A stretch of 64,000 nucleotides of DNA from an uncultured Ignavibacteria bacterium (GCA_964370935.1 CAYJKI010000003.1:26413-90412); one strand, 5' to 3'. Shown: positions 29,300 to 40,876, counted from the stretch's first letter. Made by a program: numbers and translations. Notes: generated from the letters alone by a model not told the origin.

Positions 29300-29850
29300 A
29301 GAGTGAGATCTTTGAGAGTGAAGATCGGTTCAAACTTGATGTTCTTGGCAGCGAAGGCTTCGCTTCCGCCCTGAAGTCGATCAACTAATGCGATCACCTT
29401 GACAACTTCACAACCGGCTTCTTCCAGCGCTTCAATCGCTTTGAACGACGATGAACCAGTAGTGACGACATCTTCGACCACCACGACGCGCATCCCTTTG
29501 CGTAACGGTCCTTCGATACGCTTTTCGCGGCCGTGACCTGATTTCTCCTTGCGGATGATCAAGCCTGCCAGCGGTTTCTTTGATTCATAGGACAAAGTCG
29601 CAACACCGCCAATAATCGGATCGGCACCGAGTGTCAGTCCGCCGATTGCGTCGACTTTCTCACCGTCGACCATTTCCAGAATTACTCGCGACAGATAGTT
29701 GAGTCCCTCCGGCATCAGCGACAGCAGTTTGCCGTCGATGTAATAGGTTGATTTTTGCCCGGATGACAAAATGAAATCGCCGTGGACTACGGCATGCTTG
29801 TTAACCAGCTCCAAGAGCTTTGCCTTAAGTGATGATTTGTATTCAGACAC
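29296..29850 (-). CDS. pyrE: Orotate phosphoribosyltransferase
   Basis: 184 aa. Contains GDFILSSGQKSTYYIDGK and the PRPP-binding motif VVVVEDVVTTGSS. Confidence 0.9.
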   Translation of the reverse strand: MSEYKSSLKAKLLELVNKHAVVHGDFILSSGQKSTYYIDGKLLSLMPEGLNYLSRVILEMVDGEKVDAIGGLTLGADPIIGGVATLSYESKKPLAGLIIRKEKSGHGREKRIEGPLRKGMRVVVVEDVVTTGSSSFKAIEALEEAGCEVVKVIALVDRLQGGSEAFAAKNIKFEPIFTLKDLTL

Positions 29851-29912
29851 ATATACTCCTTCGTGGAGCAGGGAATATAGGCGGGATGGCCGGTGAAGTC
29901 AAGGTGCTGCGA

Positions 29913-31163
29913 TTATTCGTAGCGAAGGGACTCAATTGGATTGAGATTCGATGCTTTTACCGCCGGGAATAGTCCAAATACGACGCCGACCAAAAAGGCA
30001 AAGAAGAAAGAAAGGAATATTGAATTGGGGGCAATACTGGTATTCCAAGTCGCGAATTTCGCCAAGGCAAAGCTGGCGCCAATTCCGAGCAGAATTCCAA
30101 TTATTCCGCCGATCAGAGCAATTGAAACCGCTTCAATCAGAAATTGATAACGGATGTCGCGTTTGCGCGCACCGATGGCGATGCGAATTCCGATTTCGCG
30201 AGTACGTTCTGTAACCGAGACCAGCATGATATTCATGATTCCGATTCCGCCAACGAGCAGAGAGACTGCTGCGATCGAGGCCAGCAGCGTCGTTAGAGTT
30301 TTCGAAGCTTCCCCGAAGGTGCTTAGCATGTCAAGTTGGCTGCGAATCGAGAAATTGTTTGCCTCGTCAGGTCGCAGTTTGAGGTATTTACGCAGCACGC
30401 CTTCGACTTCGAGGGCGGCTGGATCCATGGATGCTATATCTGGTATTTTAATAGAAATCTGCGAGACCCGTTCAGTCCCAAACAGGCGCTTCTGCGCTGT
30501 TTCGATCGGAACGATTACCGTGTTGTCGGGGTCGCCCCAACCTTCGCCCTTGCTTTTGAGAACACCGACGATCTCGAAATTGACCCCTTTGATCTTAACT
30601 TGCTCGCCCACGACATTGCCGTCTCCGGGAAAGAGAGTTTCGCGCACCTTTTCGCCAATGATGCAGACTCTGGCACGGCGGGCGTTGTCGCTATTCGTGA
30701 AGAACTCACCTTGGGATACCGGCGAATTGCGCACCCATTCATAGGCTGGCTCGGTTCCGCAGATCTGCGAATAGGTTACTTGGTTGCCGAATTTGACTTG
30801 TGTGTATTGGTAGAACTCGGGGACGACGGCCTCAACCGACTTGCACTGTTCCCGGACAGCTTCAACGTGTTCGTGCTTGAACTCAACGGTGTTTCCGGCA
30901 GCGCGATTCATGTTGGGACCGGAGGCTCCGGGGCGTACCGTCAGAATATTCGTTCCAAGCTGTTGAATCTGTGTTTCGACGGCCTGCTTGGCACCTTCAC
31001 CAAGGGAGATCATTGTAATTACCGCGCCGACGCCGATGATAATACCGAGCATCGTAAGCACCAGGCGCACTCGATTAGCAAGCAGTGAATTCAACGCTAC
31101 AGCAAATGATTCCGAGAAATCCATACTCTTCTTACGTACCAATAAAAGGTTACGACTCATCAT
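29913..31163 (-). CDS. ABC transporter permease, MacB/FtsX family
   Basis: 416 aa. N-terminal TM, MacB-like periplasmic core domain and a C-terminal FtsX 3-TM domain (LLVGGIGIMNIMLVSVTERTREIGIRIAIGARKRDI). No cognate ATPase is adjacent. Confidence 0.85.
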   Translation of the reverse strand: MMSRNLLLVRKKSMDFSESFAVALNSLLANRVRLVLTMLGIIIGVGAVITMISLGEGAKQAVETQIQQLGTNILTVRPGASGPNMNRAAGNTVEFKHEHVEAVREQCKSVEAVVPEFYQYTQVKFGNQVTYSQICGTEPAYEWVRNSPVSQGEFFTNSDNARRARVCIIGEKVRETLFPGDGNVVGEQVKIKGVNFEIVGVLKSKGEGWGDPDNTVIVPIETAQKRLFGTERVSQISIKIPDIASMDPAALEVEGVLRKYLKLRPDEANNFSIRSQLDMLSTFGEASKTLTTLLASIAAVSLLVGGIGIMNIMLVSVTERTREIGIRIAIGARKRDIRYQFLIEAVSIALIGGIIGILLGIGASFALAKFATWNTSIAPNSIFLSFFFAFLVGVVFGLFPAVKASNLNPIESLRYE

Positions 31164-31231
31164 TGTTTGGACAACGATGGCCAGTCAAAACCTGTGAGGA
31201 AACAATATAGATGATTCGATGAGGGATTGCT

Positions 31232-31522
31232 ATGGTAAGTCGAAAAAAGCTATCTGAAGAAGAAATTGTTGCCCGTCTGGGTGATGTCCCGGGCTGGGGT
31301 TATATCGACGGACGACTGCGTTCGCAGTTTCAGACGCTAAATTTCAGCAATGGAGTGACTTTCGTCAATCAGATCGCCCGAATTGCCGACGATCTCAATC
31401 ACCATCCGGATGTGCTCTTAACATATCCGCGCGTGACAATTGATATCTATACTCACGATGTCGGCGGTCTGACGGAGTTCGATTTCACTCTGGCGAAGAA
31501 GATATCCGCGCTGTTAGAGTGA
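31232..31522 (+). CDS. 4a-hydroxytetrahydrobiopterin (pterin-4-alpha-carbinolamine) dehydratase
   Basis: 96 aa with a PCD/DCoH-type pattern (L..W.......L...F.F..F..A..F...IA..A...NHHPD). Confidence 0.85.
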   Translation: MVSRKKLSEEEIVARLGDVPGWGYIDGRLRSQFQTLNFSNGVTFVNQIARIADDLNHHPDVLLTYPRVTIDIYTHDVGGLTEFDFTLAKKISALLE

Positions 31523-31552
31523 TGCCCGCATCTTCCAACAGCCAGAAAGTTT

Positions 31553-33013
31553 CTACTTTCCGCTCGGTTCAGGTACTTCTTCCGTAATACCGGCCAGGCG
31601 CTTGGCCATTTCGACTTTCTCATCGACCTTGCCATAGGAACGAATCATTAACTTTGCGCCGTCAGGCGACCCGCCGCCATGCATACAGCCGGGGACACCT
31701 GCTCCGATTGTCGCCCACTCGACCAAGCGCGCAGCCTTCAGACGCGATTCAGCAGAAGAGCGCGCCGCCATGTATTTCTCGATGAGGTGACCGTATTTCG
31801 TAGACTTGAAGTCCTTATATGAAGGTATGCAGCCCGTTTCGGCGATGCCGCCTGCGATGTCCTGTGCGAGCCGAGAGGTCTCATATGGAAGGGTCGCAAC
31901 CAACACCTTGTTGACATTTGATAGTAGCTGGTCGCTCAACCACACACCAGACGGGTGCTTTTTTCCCATTGCTGCTGCAGCGATACCCATTCCAAAGGTC
32001 GTCTCGTTATTAATCTGCATCTGAATGACTTTGTCTTTGAATACTTTCGAATTCAATCCGTTGGTGCGGGCGGTTAGAAGCGCCGCGCCGATTTTGACAT
32101 CCCCTTGTCCGGCGACACAACCGCCGATAGCGGCGCGATAGTTGCAGATGAAGTTCAGCACCGCTGCCTGGGCAAATTTGTACTCGCCCGCCATAAACAC
32201 GCGTTCATTCGGGATGAAGACGTCTTCAAACAACAAGAAAGCCTGCGTGATTCCGCCCTCCTGGACTGCTGAATCAAAACCATCTTCATAGTCGCGGCCA
32301 TCGCTGGGATGGCGGGTTTCGACAATCGTGAGGTTCTCGGCATCGCGCGGCACAACAAAAGAGACAGCGTAATCGGCATCGTGTTCAGAATAGCCTGATC
32401 CGGGCAGGACAAAGATCGCGTTTGCGGCAGCAACTCCGCAGATCATTACCTTGGCGCCGCGCACGACAATACCGTCGGGCCGTCTTTCGACAATTCGCAG
32501 GAAATAATCGGGATCGCTTTGTTCGGCGACGCCTTTGGCGCGGTCGCCTTTGGGGTCGGTCAGGGCGCCGGAGATAGTGATATCGCGTTTTTGGGCGTCG
32601 CGTAACCACTCCCGGATGCGAAGATGGTAGTCAGTACCCATCTCCTTGTCGATGTCATAGGTCACGGCATACATTGAATTGAACGCGGTCCAGCCGACGC
32701 AACGTCCGCCGGTACAAGTGCCGGTCTTCTGAAACATCGTTCGTTTCAAGCGGCTATTGGCCCACATATCTTCGGGGCTTTGGATCAGAGAGAGATAGCG
32801 CGACACCGGTTCGCCAGTTAAGCTCGAAATTGTCGTGAATACATCCCGCAAGCTGGGATCGGCTGTCAACTTGAAGATTTGCCCATGACCTTCGACTGTC
32901 CGCTTGGTTGCCGGGTGCGTGGTGACGTCTTCAATTAATTCATCAAACTTGTGGATATTTGGTCGCATACGTTTGAGTGATGCGATATAATCTTCGTACG
33001 ACCTGACAGCCAT
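31553..33013 (-). CDS. 4-hydroxybutyryl-CoA dehydratase/vinylacetyl-CoA isomerase (AbfD)-family flavoenzyme
   Basis: 486 aa in the HpaB/AbfD family. C100-x3-C104 (TGTCTGGRCVGW) and C299 (AIGGCVAG) fall at the positions of three [4Fe-4S] ligands of Clostridium aminobutyricum AbfD (C99, C103, C299), as I recall them. Confidence 0.75.
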   Translation of the reverse strand: MAVRSYEDYIASLKRMRPNIHKFDELIEDVTTHPATKRTVEGHGQIFKLTADPSLRDVFTTISSLTGEPVSRYLSLIQSPEDMWANSRLKRTMFQKTGTCTGGRCVGWTAFNSMYAVTYDIDKEMGTDYHLRIREWLRDAQKRDITISGALTDPKGDRAKGVAEQSDPDYFLRIVERRPDGIVVRGAKVMICGVAAANAIFVLPGSGYSEHDADYAVSFVVPRDAENLTIVETRHPSDGRDYEDGFDSAVQEGGITQAFLLFEDVFIPNERVFMAGEYKFAQAAVLNFICNYRAAIGGCVAGQGDVKIGAALLTARTNGLNSKVFKDKVIQMQINNETTFGMGIAAAAMGKKHPSGVWLSDQLLSNVNKVLVATLPYETSRLAQDIAGGIAETGCIPSYKDFKSTKYGHLIEKYMAARSSAESRLKAARLVEWATIGAGVPGCMHGGGSPDGAKLMIRSYGKVDEKVEMAKRLAGITEEVPEPSGK

Positions 33014-33127
33014 GGCGAGCTCCTTAGTAGCAGTTTACCCCCTATAGTAGATAGTTCGGTAGAAATTAGCTAAAATCGAGCAGAAAGCAATGCCGATTTG
33101 CTGTTTATCCGCAATTCCAAGAAACCC

Positions 33128-33163
33128 AAAAAAATCGCGGCGGGCTTGCAGCGCCGCCGCGAT
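33128..33163 (-). terminator. Rho-independent terminator after the S8 peptidase gene
   Basis: On the minus strand: a 10-bp GC-rich stem (atcgcggcgg / ccgccgcgat, 33134-33143 and 33154-33163) followed by a 7-nt T run (A-run 33128-33134 on the + strand). Begins 29 nt after the stop. Confidence 0.7.
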
Positions 33164-33191
33164 GGTTATAATACCCGGGTGATGTCGAGAA

Positions 33192-35852
33192 TTACTTCAT
33201 CATCACCATCTTACGGGTTTCTGTCGCTCCGCCCGCAGTCATCTTGTAGAAATAAATGCCCGATGACACTTGCGAGCCGGACTGGTTGCGTCCATCCCAA
33301 ACGACGGAATGTTCTCCGGCCGCCTGTGCGGAACTAACGAGTGTTTTCACTCTTTCGCCCAGGACGTTAATGATCACCAACTCGACGTTGGTAGCTTCCG
33401 AGAGAATGTACTTAATGGTTGTGGTCGGATTGAATGGATTTGGATAATTCTGCGCCAACTCAAAAGCTGTCGGCAGCGGCGAGGTCTTGGTAATCGGTTC
33501 GCCGACTTCCTCGGTTTCGCCCTCCGCTACTATAAAAGACGAACTCGCGCCGACGCAGAAATTGTCGAAGTTGCTATTCGCACGGCTATAGCCGATACCC
33601 ACAGGTCCGCTTGGCGCTGAACCGAAGTTGTATGAGCCTAGCGTGGCGCCGTTCACCTTGAGTGTGGTATTACCGGTTGCGGTAACGACAACTTCCACAT
33701 CGTACCAAGTTGCGGTTGCGATAGCGGAACTGAACGTGGCGCGTGCAGTATTTTTGCCGGAGACGCGCGAATAAATTATCCAGCGATCCGTAACATCATT
33801 GCCTTCAATAAAACGATAGTTCTTGGCATCGATATAGTTGAAGATGATGCGGGCGTTGCGATTGGTACGCCCCGTATTCATCCTCACTTGACAGCTGATT
33901 GTCGGATTAGTAAAGGAACCGAACGGGGAAGTGCGCTTGGATTCCAGCGTCGTAGAATTGCCAGTTACGATTCCGCCGGAAACAGTCCAAGTACCGGTGC
34001 TGTTCACCCAGTTGGTGATATTGTTGTCGTTGAAGTCATCACACTGCTGTGCAGGCGGTGTGCTGACGGTGATGTATCCCGTCTTGGTTTCTCCGTCGGA
34101 ACCGCAGGCGTTGGTTGCCGTCAGCGTAACCGTGTAAGTACCGGGATTTGTGTACGAATGAACTGGGCTGGAAGATGTTGATGTCCCTCCGTCGCCAAAA
34201 GTCCATGCGTATGTCAACGGCGCTGTACCCGTCGACGAATTCGTGAACGTCACCGAAAGCGGGGCACTGCCGGAAGTCGGCGTGCCGCTGAAATTGGCTA
34301 CCGGCGCCGTGCATCCACCACCGGAATTGACACCGTTGTAGGCATTAACTCGGCCCACACCCAGTTTTCCGGCATAGGCGGAGTTGCACGAAAGGCCATC
34401 AATCGGATCCGCAGTGGTATACAGCTGATCACGCACTTGCGTCGCTGTCCAAGTCGGGTTCTTTGACCAGATCAGCGCGGCGACCGAAGCCGCAATAGGT
34501 GTAGCCATCGAAGTGCCATCCAATGTCGCAACATAATCGTTGGCGGCATCGGCGTGGTCGTGATACGAACTTAGAATCGCCACGCCCGGAGCCGAAATCT
34601 CGACCCAGGTGCCGTAGCTGGAGAAGCTGGCTCGGCAATCATTTTGATCGGTCGCGGCAACGGCGATGATATCCGTCCGCGCCGTCATGTAGTCTGAAGT
34701 CTGATTATTGGCGTTGCCGGCTGCCTTGAAAATCATTCCGCCGGCATTCAGGAAATAGGTGATGGCAACATCAATACCGCCGGAGTTTGAAGCGCCCCAC
34801 GAGCAGGAAGCGATCTTCGCACCGTTGTTAGCGGCATAATAGAATGCTGAAGCCGCAAAGTCCATGCGAACGTATCCGGCTTCCTGACCGAGATATGAGG
34901 CCGAGTAGCCAATACGCAGGGCCATAACCTTCACGCCATTGGCAGTCGGCTGCAATGTACCATTTCCCCAGCCACCGGCAGCAGCGCACGACGCATAGCC
35001 GTTGTTGTTGATAGCGCCGACATTGCCTGCGCAATGTGTGCCATGGCCGTTGAAGTCGCGCGGATCATTGTCGGCGGTTGCGCAGTCTTCGCCGGTCCAA
35101 CATCCGGTCAGACCGGTAACGAAATCGTATCCGACCCAGTCATCGACGTAGCCGTTGCCGTCGTCGTCGACGCCGGCCGTACCGTTCTTTTCGGCAAGGT
35201 TGATCCACATGTTGCCGTCGGCCGCAGTCGGGGTCGTCGAGGACGCCGCCGAGCCGCCAAGATCTTTGTGGTAGTAACGAACACCGGAATCCATTACGGC
35301 TACGATTACACCGGGATCACCGGACTCGATGTCCCAGGCTTCCGGAGCATCGATATCTTTATCATTTGACGCCTGATTCAGATGCCACTGTTCCGGATCA
35401 TAAAATCCATCGTTGGGAGTGGCATAGAGAGCATGAATTCCGATCGGCTCAACCGATTCCACCATCGGGTTGTTGCGGAATTCCGCCATGACATCTTCGA
35501 GCTTGTGCCCGCTCTCAAATTTGATCACATGATAGCGCGAAAGGTCAAGAATTTCGCCTCTGACGGAAATCGGTGTGGCGCCGGGGAATTGTTCGCGCAT
35601 CTGCGCGACTTCATACTGGCGCGACAGTGCGTCGATTCCGGCATTACCAATGGCGACGATTCCCAGTGCCGTCTGTGTCTGGCTGATTTTGCCAACTTCC
35701 GGCTTGAATTTTACAACGAACTCGTCAGGGACATAGCCGACAAAGTCGGGGACATCGGGACGAACGACATTGGCGACCTGGACGTCCGCCAGTGCCAGAG
35801 CGGCGAGTACTGCGATCAGCCCGAGAGCGATAACGAAAGTGCGTTTCATCAA
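33192..35852 (-). CDS. Secreted S8 (subtilisin-family) serine peptidase with PKD domain, lectin-like domain and T9SS C-terminal sorting domain
   Basis: Catalytic triad motifs VAVMDSGV (Asp), HGTHCAG (His) and GTSMATP (Ser). PKD domain (PVANFSGTPTSGSAPLSVTFTN...YAWTFGDGGTS...HSYTNPGTYTVTLTATN). C-terminus NYPNPFNPTTTIKY...GIYFYKMTAGGATETRKMVMMK. Confidence 0.9.
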   Translation of the reverse strand: MMKRTFVIALGLIAVLAALALADVQVANVVRPDVPDFVGYVPDEFVVKFKPEVGKISQTQTALGIVAIGNAGIDALSRQYEVAQMREQFPGATPISVRGEILDLSRYHVIKFESGHKLEDVMAEFRNNPMVESVEPIGIHALYATPNDGFYDPEQWHLNQASNDKDIDAPEAWDIESGDPGVIVAVMDSGVRYYHKDLGGSAASSTTPTAADGNMWINLAEKNGTAGVDDDGNGYVDDWVGYDFVTGLTGCWTGEDCATADNDPRDFNGHGTHCAGNVGAINNNGYASCAAAGGWGNGTLQPTANGVKVMALRIGYSASYLGQEAGYVRMDFAASAFYYAANNGAKIASCSWGASNSGGIDVAITYFLNAGGMIFKAAGNANNQTSDYMTARTDIIAVAATDQNDCRASFSSYGTWVEISAPGVAILSSYHDHADAANDYVATLDGTSMATPIAASVAALIWSKNPTWTATQVRDQLYTTADPIDGLSCNSAYAGKLGVGRVNAYNGVNSGGGCTAPVANFSGTPTSGSAPLSVTFTNSSTGTAPLTYAWTFGDGGTSTSSSPVHSYTNPGTYTVTLTATNACGSDGETKTGYITVSTPPAQQCDDFNDNNITNWVNSTGTWTVSGGIVTGNSTTLESKRTSPFGSFTNPTISCQVRMNTGRTNRNARIIFNYIDAKNYRFIEGNDVTDRWIIYSRVSGKNTARATFSSAIATATWYDVEVVVTATGNTTLKVNGATLGSYNFGSAPSGPVGIGYSRANSNFDNFCVGASSSFIVAEGETEEVGEPITKTSPLPTAFELAQNYPNPFNPTTTIKYILSEATNVELVIINVLGERVKTLVSSAQAAGEHSVVWDGRNQSGSQVSSGIYFYKMTAGGATETRKMVMMK

Positions 35853-36079
35853 TTTGCATCCTCCACGTTTTCCGTGTCATCGTGTGGTAGACTCTAATTC
35901 TGTACTGGATGATTTCCCCCTTGCAAACAGGGGCATGCGAGCGAAGTTCTTACGGGTTTCCCACCTCCTTTTTCATTATTACCGCAAGCAACAAAACCGC
36001 CGTGACTGTCACGGCGCGGCAAGGCGATAGTAATAAGCCGTTCATCGACTGCAATTCGAGCCTTGTTACAAGTGTCTAA

Positions 36080-37429
<1,350 letters not shown>

Positions 37430-37450
37430 TACTCTCGGAGGAGTAAATAA

Positions 37451-37762
37451 ATGGATTTTCTATTAATGGCCGCTCCCCAAGGTGGGGAGGGTGGCGCAGG
37501 CAGTATCTGGGGTATGGTTCTGCCATTCGCTCTCATGATTCTGGTTCTCTATTTTCTGATGATTCGCCCCCAACAGAAGCGCCAGAAAGAGCACACCAAG
37601 ATGCTTAGCGAACTTAAGAAGGGCGACCGGATCATAACCACTGGCGGAATGTACGGTACCATCTTTGGGTTCTCCGAAGATGAGAGTAAGATTATCATCA
37701 AAGTTTCCGATGAAGTCAAAATGGAGTTCCTTAAGTCAGCTATAGCGCAGAAAGTTGCCTAA
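37451..37762 (+). CDS. yajC: Preprotein translocase subunit YajC
   Basis: 103 aa with a single TM. Contains YFLMIRPQQKRQKEHTKMLSELKKGDRIITTGGMYGTI. Confidence 0.9.
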   Translation: MDFLLMAAPQGGEGGAGSIWGMVLPFALMILVLYFLMIRPQQKRQKEHTKMLSELKKGDRIITTGGMYGTIFGFSEDESKIIIKVSDEVKMEFLKSAIAQKVA

Positions 37763-37764
37763 AC

Positions 37765-38268
37765 GTGGCCCGGCAGAAGATTGTCATATATGGCGATGAA
37801 GTTCTGCGCGAAATGTGCACGCCGGTGAAGGAGATCACTCCGGAACTCAAGGAGTTCATTGAGGAGATGTTTGTCACCTTGCGCCGTGTCAAGGGAGTCG
37901 GACTATCTGCTCCCCAAGTTGGAGTAACCGAGCGTTTTTTTATCCTGGATCTCGAAGCGGTTGAGTTGGAGCATGACAAAGTGGTCATGATCAATCCCGA
38001 AATCCTGTCGACCTCGGGTGAGCAGTGCGGAGAGGAAGGCTGTTTGTCCTTCCCGGGTTTGTTCGTGGAAGTCTCTCGCGCCAATGAAGTCGTTTGCCGC
38101 TATGCCGACTTGGATGGGAAGCAGAAAGTAGTCCGTGCGGAAGGTTTGTTTGCCCGAGCTATCCAGCACGAGACTGACCATCTCAACGGCGTTTTGTTTA
38201 TAGATCATATAGACCCGGTGGAGCGTGAAATGCTCTCCGGGAAGTTGAAAAAAATAAAGGTATCCTAA
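37765..38268 (+). CDS. def: Peptide deformylase (canonical)
   Basis: GTG start. Motifs GVGLSAPQVG, EGCLSFPG and QHETDHLNG. Immediately upstream of fmt. Confidence 0.93.
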   Translation: MARQKIVIYGDEVLREMCTPVKEITPELKEFIEEMFVTLRRVKGVGLSAPQVGVTERFFILDLEAVELEHDKVVMINPEILSTSGEQCGEEGCLSFPGLFVEVSRANEVVCRYADLDGKQKVVRAEGLFARAIQHETDHLNGVLFIDHIDPVEREMLSGKLKKIKVS

Positions 38269-38287
38269 TACAAAGAATAACCACTGG

Positions 38288-39229
38288 ATGCGGTTGGTCT
38301 TCTTCGGTACGCCCAGGTTCGCGCAAATCGCGCTGGAACGGCTATTGCGGTCGCGACATCAAGTTGCGGCAGTCGTGACAGTTCCTGATAAGCCGACTGG
38401 ACGGGGAAGAAAACAGACACCATCAGAGGTCAAAGAATTTGCTTTGAGCAAAAACCTCGAGGTCTTGCAGCCGGACAAATTGACTGACGCGGGATTCCTG
38501 CGACGCATCGGCGAAATTGCCGCCGAACTCTTTGCAGTCGTTGCATTCCGAATCCTGCCGGAAAAGCTATTCGCATTACCGCGCCATGGCGCGATAAATC
38601 TGCATGCCTCCCTGTTGCCGCGCTATCGCGGCGCCGCCCCGATCGAACGGGCAATAATAGACGGCGCCTCGAAAACCGGAGTCACGACATTTCGCATCGC
38701 GAAATCGGTCGACACCGGCGGCATCTTGCTCGCTCGCGAAGTCTCGATCGGTCCTTATGAGACCTACGAAGACCTCTACCCGAAGCTCGCTGACATCGGC
38801 GCAAACCTGCTCGTCGAGACTATCGACGGCCTTGAGGACGGTGGGCTTAGCCCCGTCCCGCAGGATGATACGCTGGCGTCACCCGCTCCCAAAATCACAC
38901 CCGCCGACAGTCCCATCGACTGGTCCCGTCCAGCCATTGCAATCGTCAATCAGATTCGTGGCCTCGCCGGTTCCGCTGATGCATATACTGTCCTCGACGG
39001 GAAACGTCTCAAAATCCTCCGCGCCGCTTTGTCGGAACAGGTCAATGGGACCCACGTTCCCGGCGAGATTATTGCGGCAGACAAATCTCATGGCCTGATC
39101 GTGGCATCAGGCGCCGGCGCTGTCCGGTTGGTCGAGGTTTGTCTCGAAGGCAAAAAACGGATGGACTCAAATGCGTTTCTCAATGGTGTGCGGCTTACGC
39201 CGGGTGTTCGGCTGATCTCCGCATCCTGA
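38288..39229 (+). CDS. fmt: Methionyl-tRNA formyltransferase
   Basis: MRLVFFGTPRFA, HASLLPRYRGAAPIERAI and a C-terminal Fmt domain. Sits in def-fmt synteny. Confidence 0.93.
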   Translation: MRLVFFGTPRFAQIALERLLRSRHQVAAVVTVPDKPTGRGRKQTPSEVKEFALSKNLEVLQPDKLTDAGFLRRIGEIAAELFAVVAFRILPEKLFALPRHGAINLHASLLPRYRGAAPIERAIIDGASKTGVTTFRIAKSVDTGGILLAREVSIGPYETYEDLYPKLADIGANLLVETIDGLEDGGLSPVPQDDTLASPAPKITPADSPIDWSRPAIAIVNQIRGLAGSADAYTVLDGKRLKILRAALSEQVNGTHVPGEIIAADKSHGLIVASGAGAVRLVEVCLEGKKRMDSNAFLNGVRLTPGVRLISAS

Positions 39230-39249
39230 CAACTGTCAGGAGCAGTACA

Positions 39250-40803
39250 TTGAAAAAAGAAATCATCGTCAACGTCGGCGAGCACGAGACTCGTATCGCC
39301 GTCACCGAAGACGACAAACTGGTCGAGCTGCACGTTGAGCGCGCCGACTCCGAACGCATGGTCGGCGACATGTACAAGGGCCGCGTCACGGGAATTGTCC
39401 AGGGTATGCAGGCCGCCTTCGTCGACATCGGCATGGAAAAAGCCGCCTTCCTCCACATCTCTGACATCAGCCTTGAATCCGATTCAGCGGCGCGCTACGA
39501 TATCGACGCCGAAGAGGAAGAGGTCAATGCCGAAGTCACCCGGCGTCACAAGTACGAGAGCATCGAAGCGATCCTCAAGGTCGGTCAGGAATTGGTCGTG
39601 CAAATCATCAAGGAACCGATCAGCACCAAGGGTCCGCGCGTTACCAGCGACTTGTCGCTGCCGGGACGCTATTCGGTCCTCGCGCCGGGGTCGAACTACA
39701 TTCGCGTTTCCAAGCGCATTATTAACTTTGCTGAACGGCGCCGTCTACGCCGGCTGGTGTATGATGTCAAGCCGGAAGGGGTCGGCATCATTGTTCGCAC
39801 CGAAGGCGAAGGCCGGACAGAGAAAGAGTTCACCAACGACATTCGCCGTTTGCTGAAGATCTGGTACAAAGTCAAGACCAAGGCCGATCGCGCGCGGCCG
39901 GGGACGTTGCTGCACAAGGAAGAGTCGATGACCTCGTCGGTCATGCGCGACGTTTTCACCAACGATGTCGACCGCCTGATTGTCGACGACAAAGACATCT
40001 TCCGTGACACCATGAAGTATGTCAAGTCGATCGATCCGGAATTGAAGAACCGCATTGAGCTGTATGAATCCGATGTGCCGGTATTCGACACCTACAATAT
40101 CGAACCGGAAATCGACAAGATGATCGACCGCAAGATCTGGTTCCGCAAGGGCGGCTACTTGATCATCGATCACACCGAAGCCCTCACGACCGTCGACATC
40201 AACTCCGGCCGTTTCGTCGGCACGAAAAAGGATCCGGAGAATATGATCCTGCAGACCAATCTCGAGGCCGCTCACGAAGCTGCACGCCAGATTCGCCTGC
40301 GCGATATCGGCGGCTTGATCATTCTCGACTTCATTGACATGTACTCGCATGCCAATCGCAAAGTTCTGTTCGAGGAATTCAAGAGTTGTTTCGACAACGA
40401 CCGAGCCAAAAATTCGATTCTTCCGGTGAGCGATTTCGGCCTAATCGAAATGACCCGCGAACGCACCAAGCCGTCGATCATGTACACGCTGTCCGAATCG
40501 TGTCCAACCTGTCACGGTTTTGGCCGCATCATGTCGAAGGAAACGATGGCGATGAAGGTCGAACGCTGGTTTATGCGCGCCAAGGTCGCCAAGGCCGGCA
40601 AGCGCTACCAAGTGCGCTTCCATCCCGATGTCGCCAAGTTCATGATGAACGAGGATGTCAACCGCATCAAGGAAATCGAAAAAGCCCACCGCTTCAAAAT
40701 CGAGATGGTCGCCGATGAACTCTTGGCACAGGATGATTACCGCATCATCGACATGATCGAGGATGTGGACATCACTGCGTTGTATCAGGGGGTACGGCCG
40801 TAG
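39250..40803 (+). CDS. rng: Ribonuclease G/E-family endoribonuclease (Rng/CafA-like)
   Basis: S1 domain (MVGDMYKGRVTGIVQGMQAAFVDIG), the DNase-I-like/RNase E catalytic region (TEALTTVDINSGRF, GGLIILDFIDM) and Zn-link CPTCHGFGRI. I prefer the TTG at 39250 (LKKEIIVNVGEHETRIAV). The ORF-track start at 39139 would overlap fmt by 91 nt. Confidence 0.88.
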   Translation: MKKEIIVNVGEHETRIAVTEDDKLVELHVERADSERMVGDMYKGRVTGIVQGMQAAFVDIGMEKAAFLHISDISLESDSAARYDIDAEEEEVNAEVTRRHKYESIEAILKVGQELVVQIIKEPISTKGPRVTSDLSLPGRYSVLAPGSNYIRVSKRIINFAERRRLRRLVYDVKPEGVGIIVRTEGEGRTEKEFTNDIRRLLKIWYKVKTKADRARPGTLLHKEESMTSSVMRDVFTNDVDRLIVDDKDIFRDTMKYVKSIDPELKNRIELYESDVPVFDTYNIEPEIDKMIDRKIWFRKGGYLIIDHTEALTTVDINSGRFVGTKKDPENMILQTNLEAAHEAARQIRLRDIGGLIILDFIDMYSHANRKVLFEEFKSCFDNDRAKNSILPVSDFGLIEMTRERTKPSIMYTLSESCPTCHGFGRIMSKETMAMKVERWFMRAKVAKAGKRYQVRFHPDVAKFMMNEDVNRIKEIEKAHRFKIEMVADELLAQDDYRIIDMIEDVDITALYQGVRP

Positions 40804-40876
40804 GGGGGCGGACTTGTTCGCTGTCCGCACAATCATTACGCAACAGTCATCAAACTACTGACATTACGAAGCTGTC

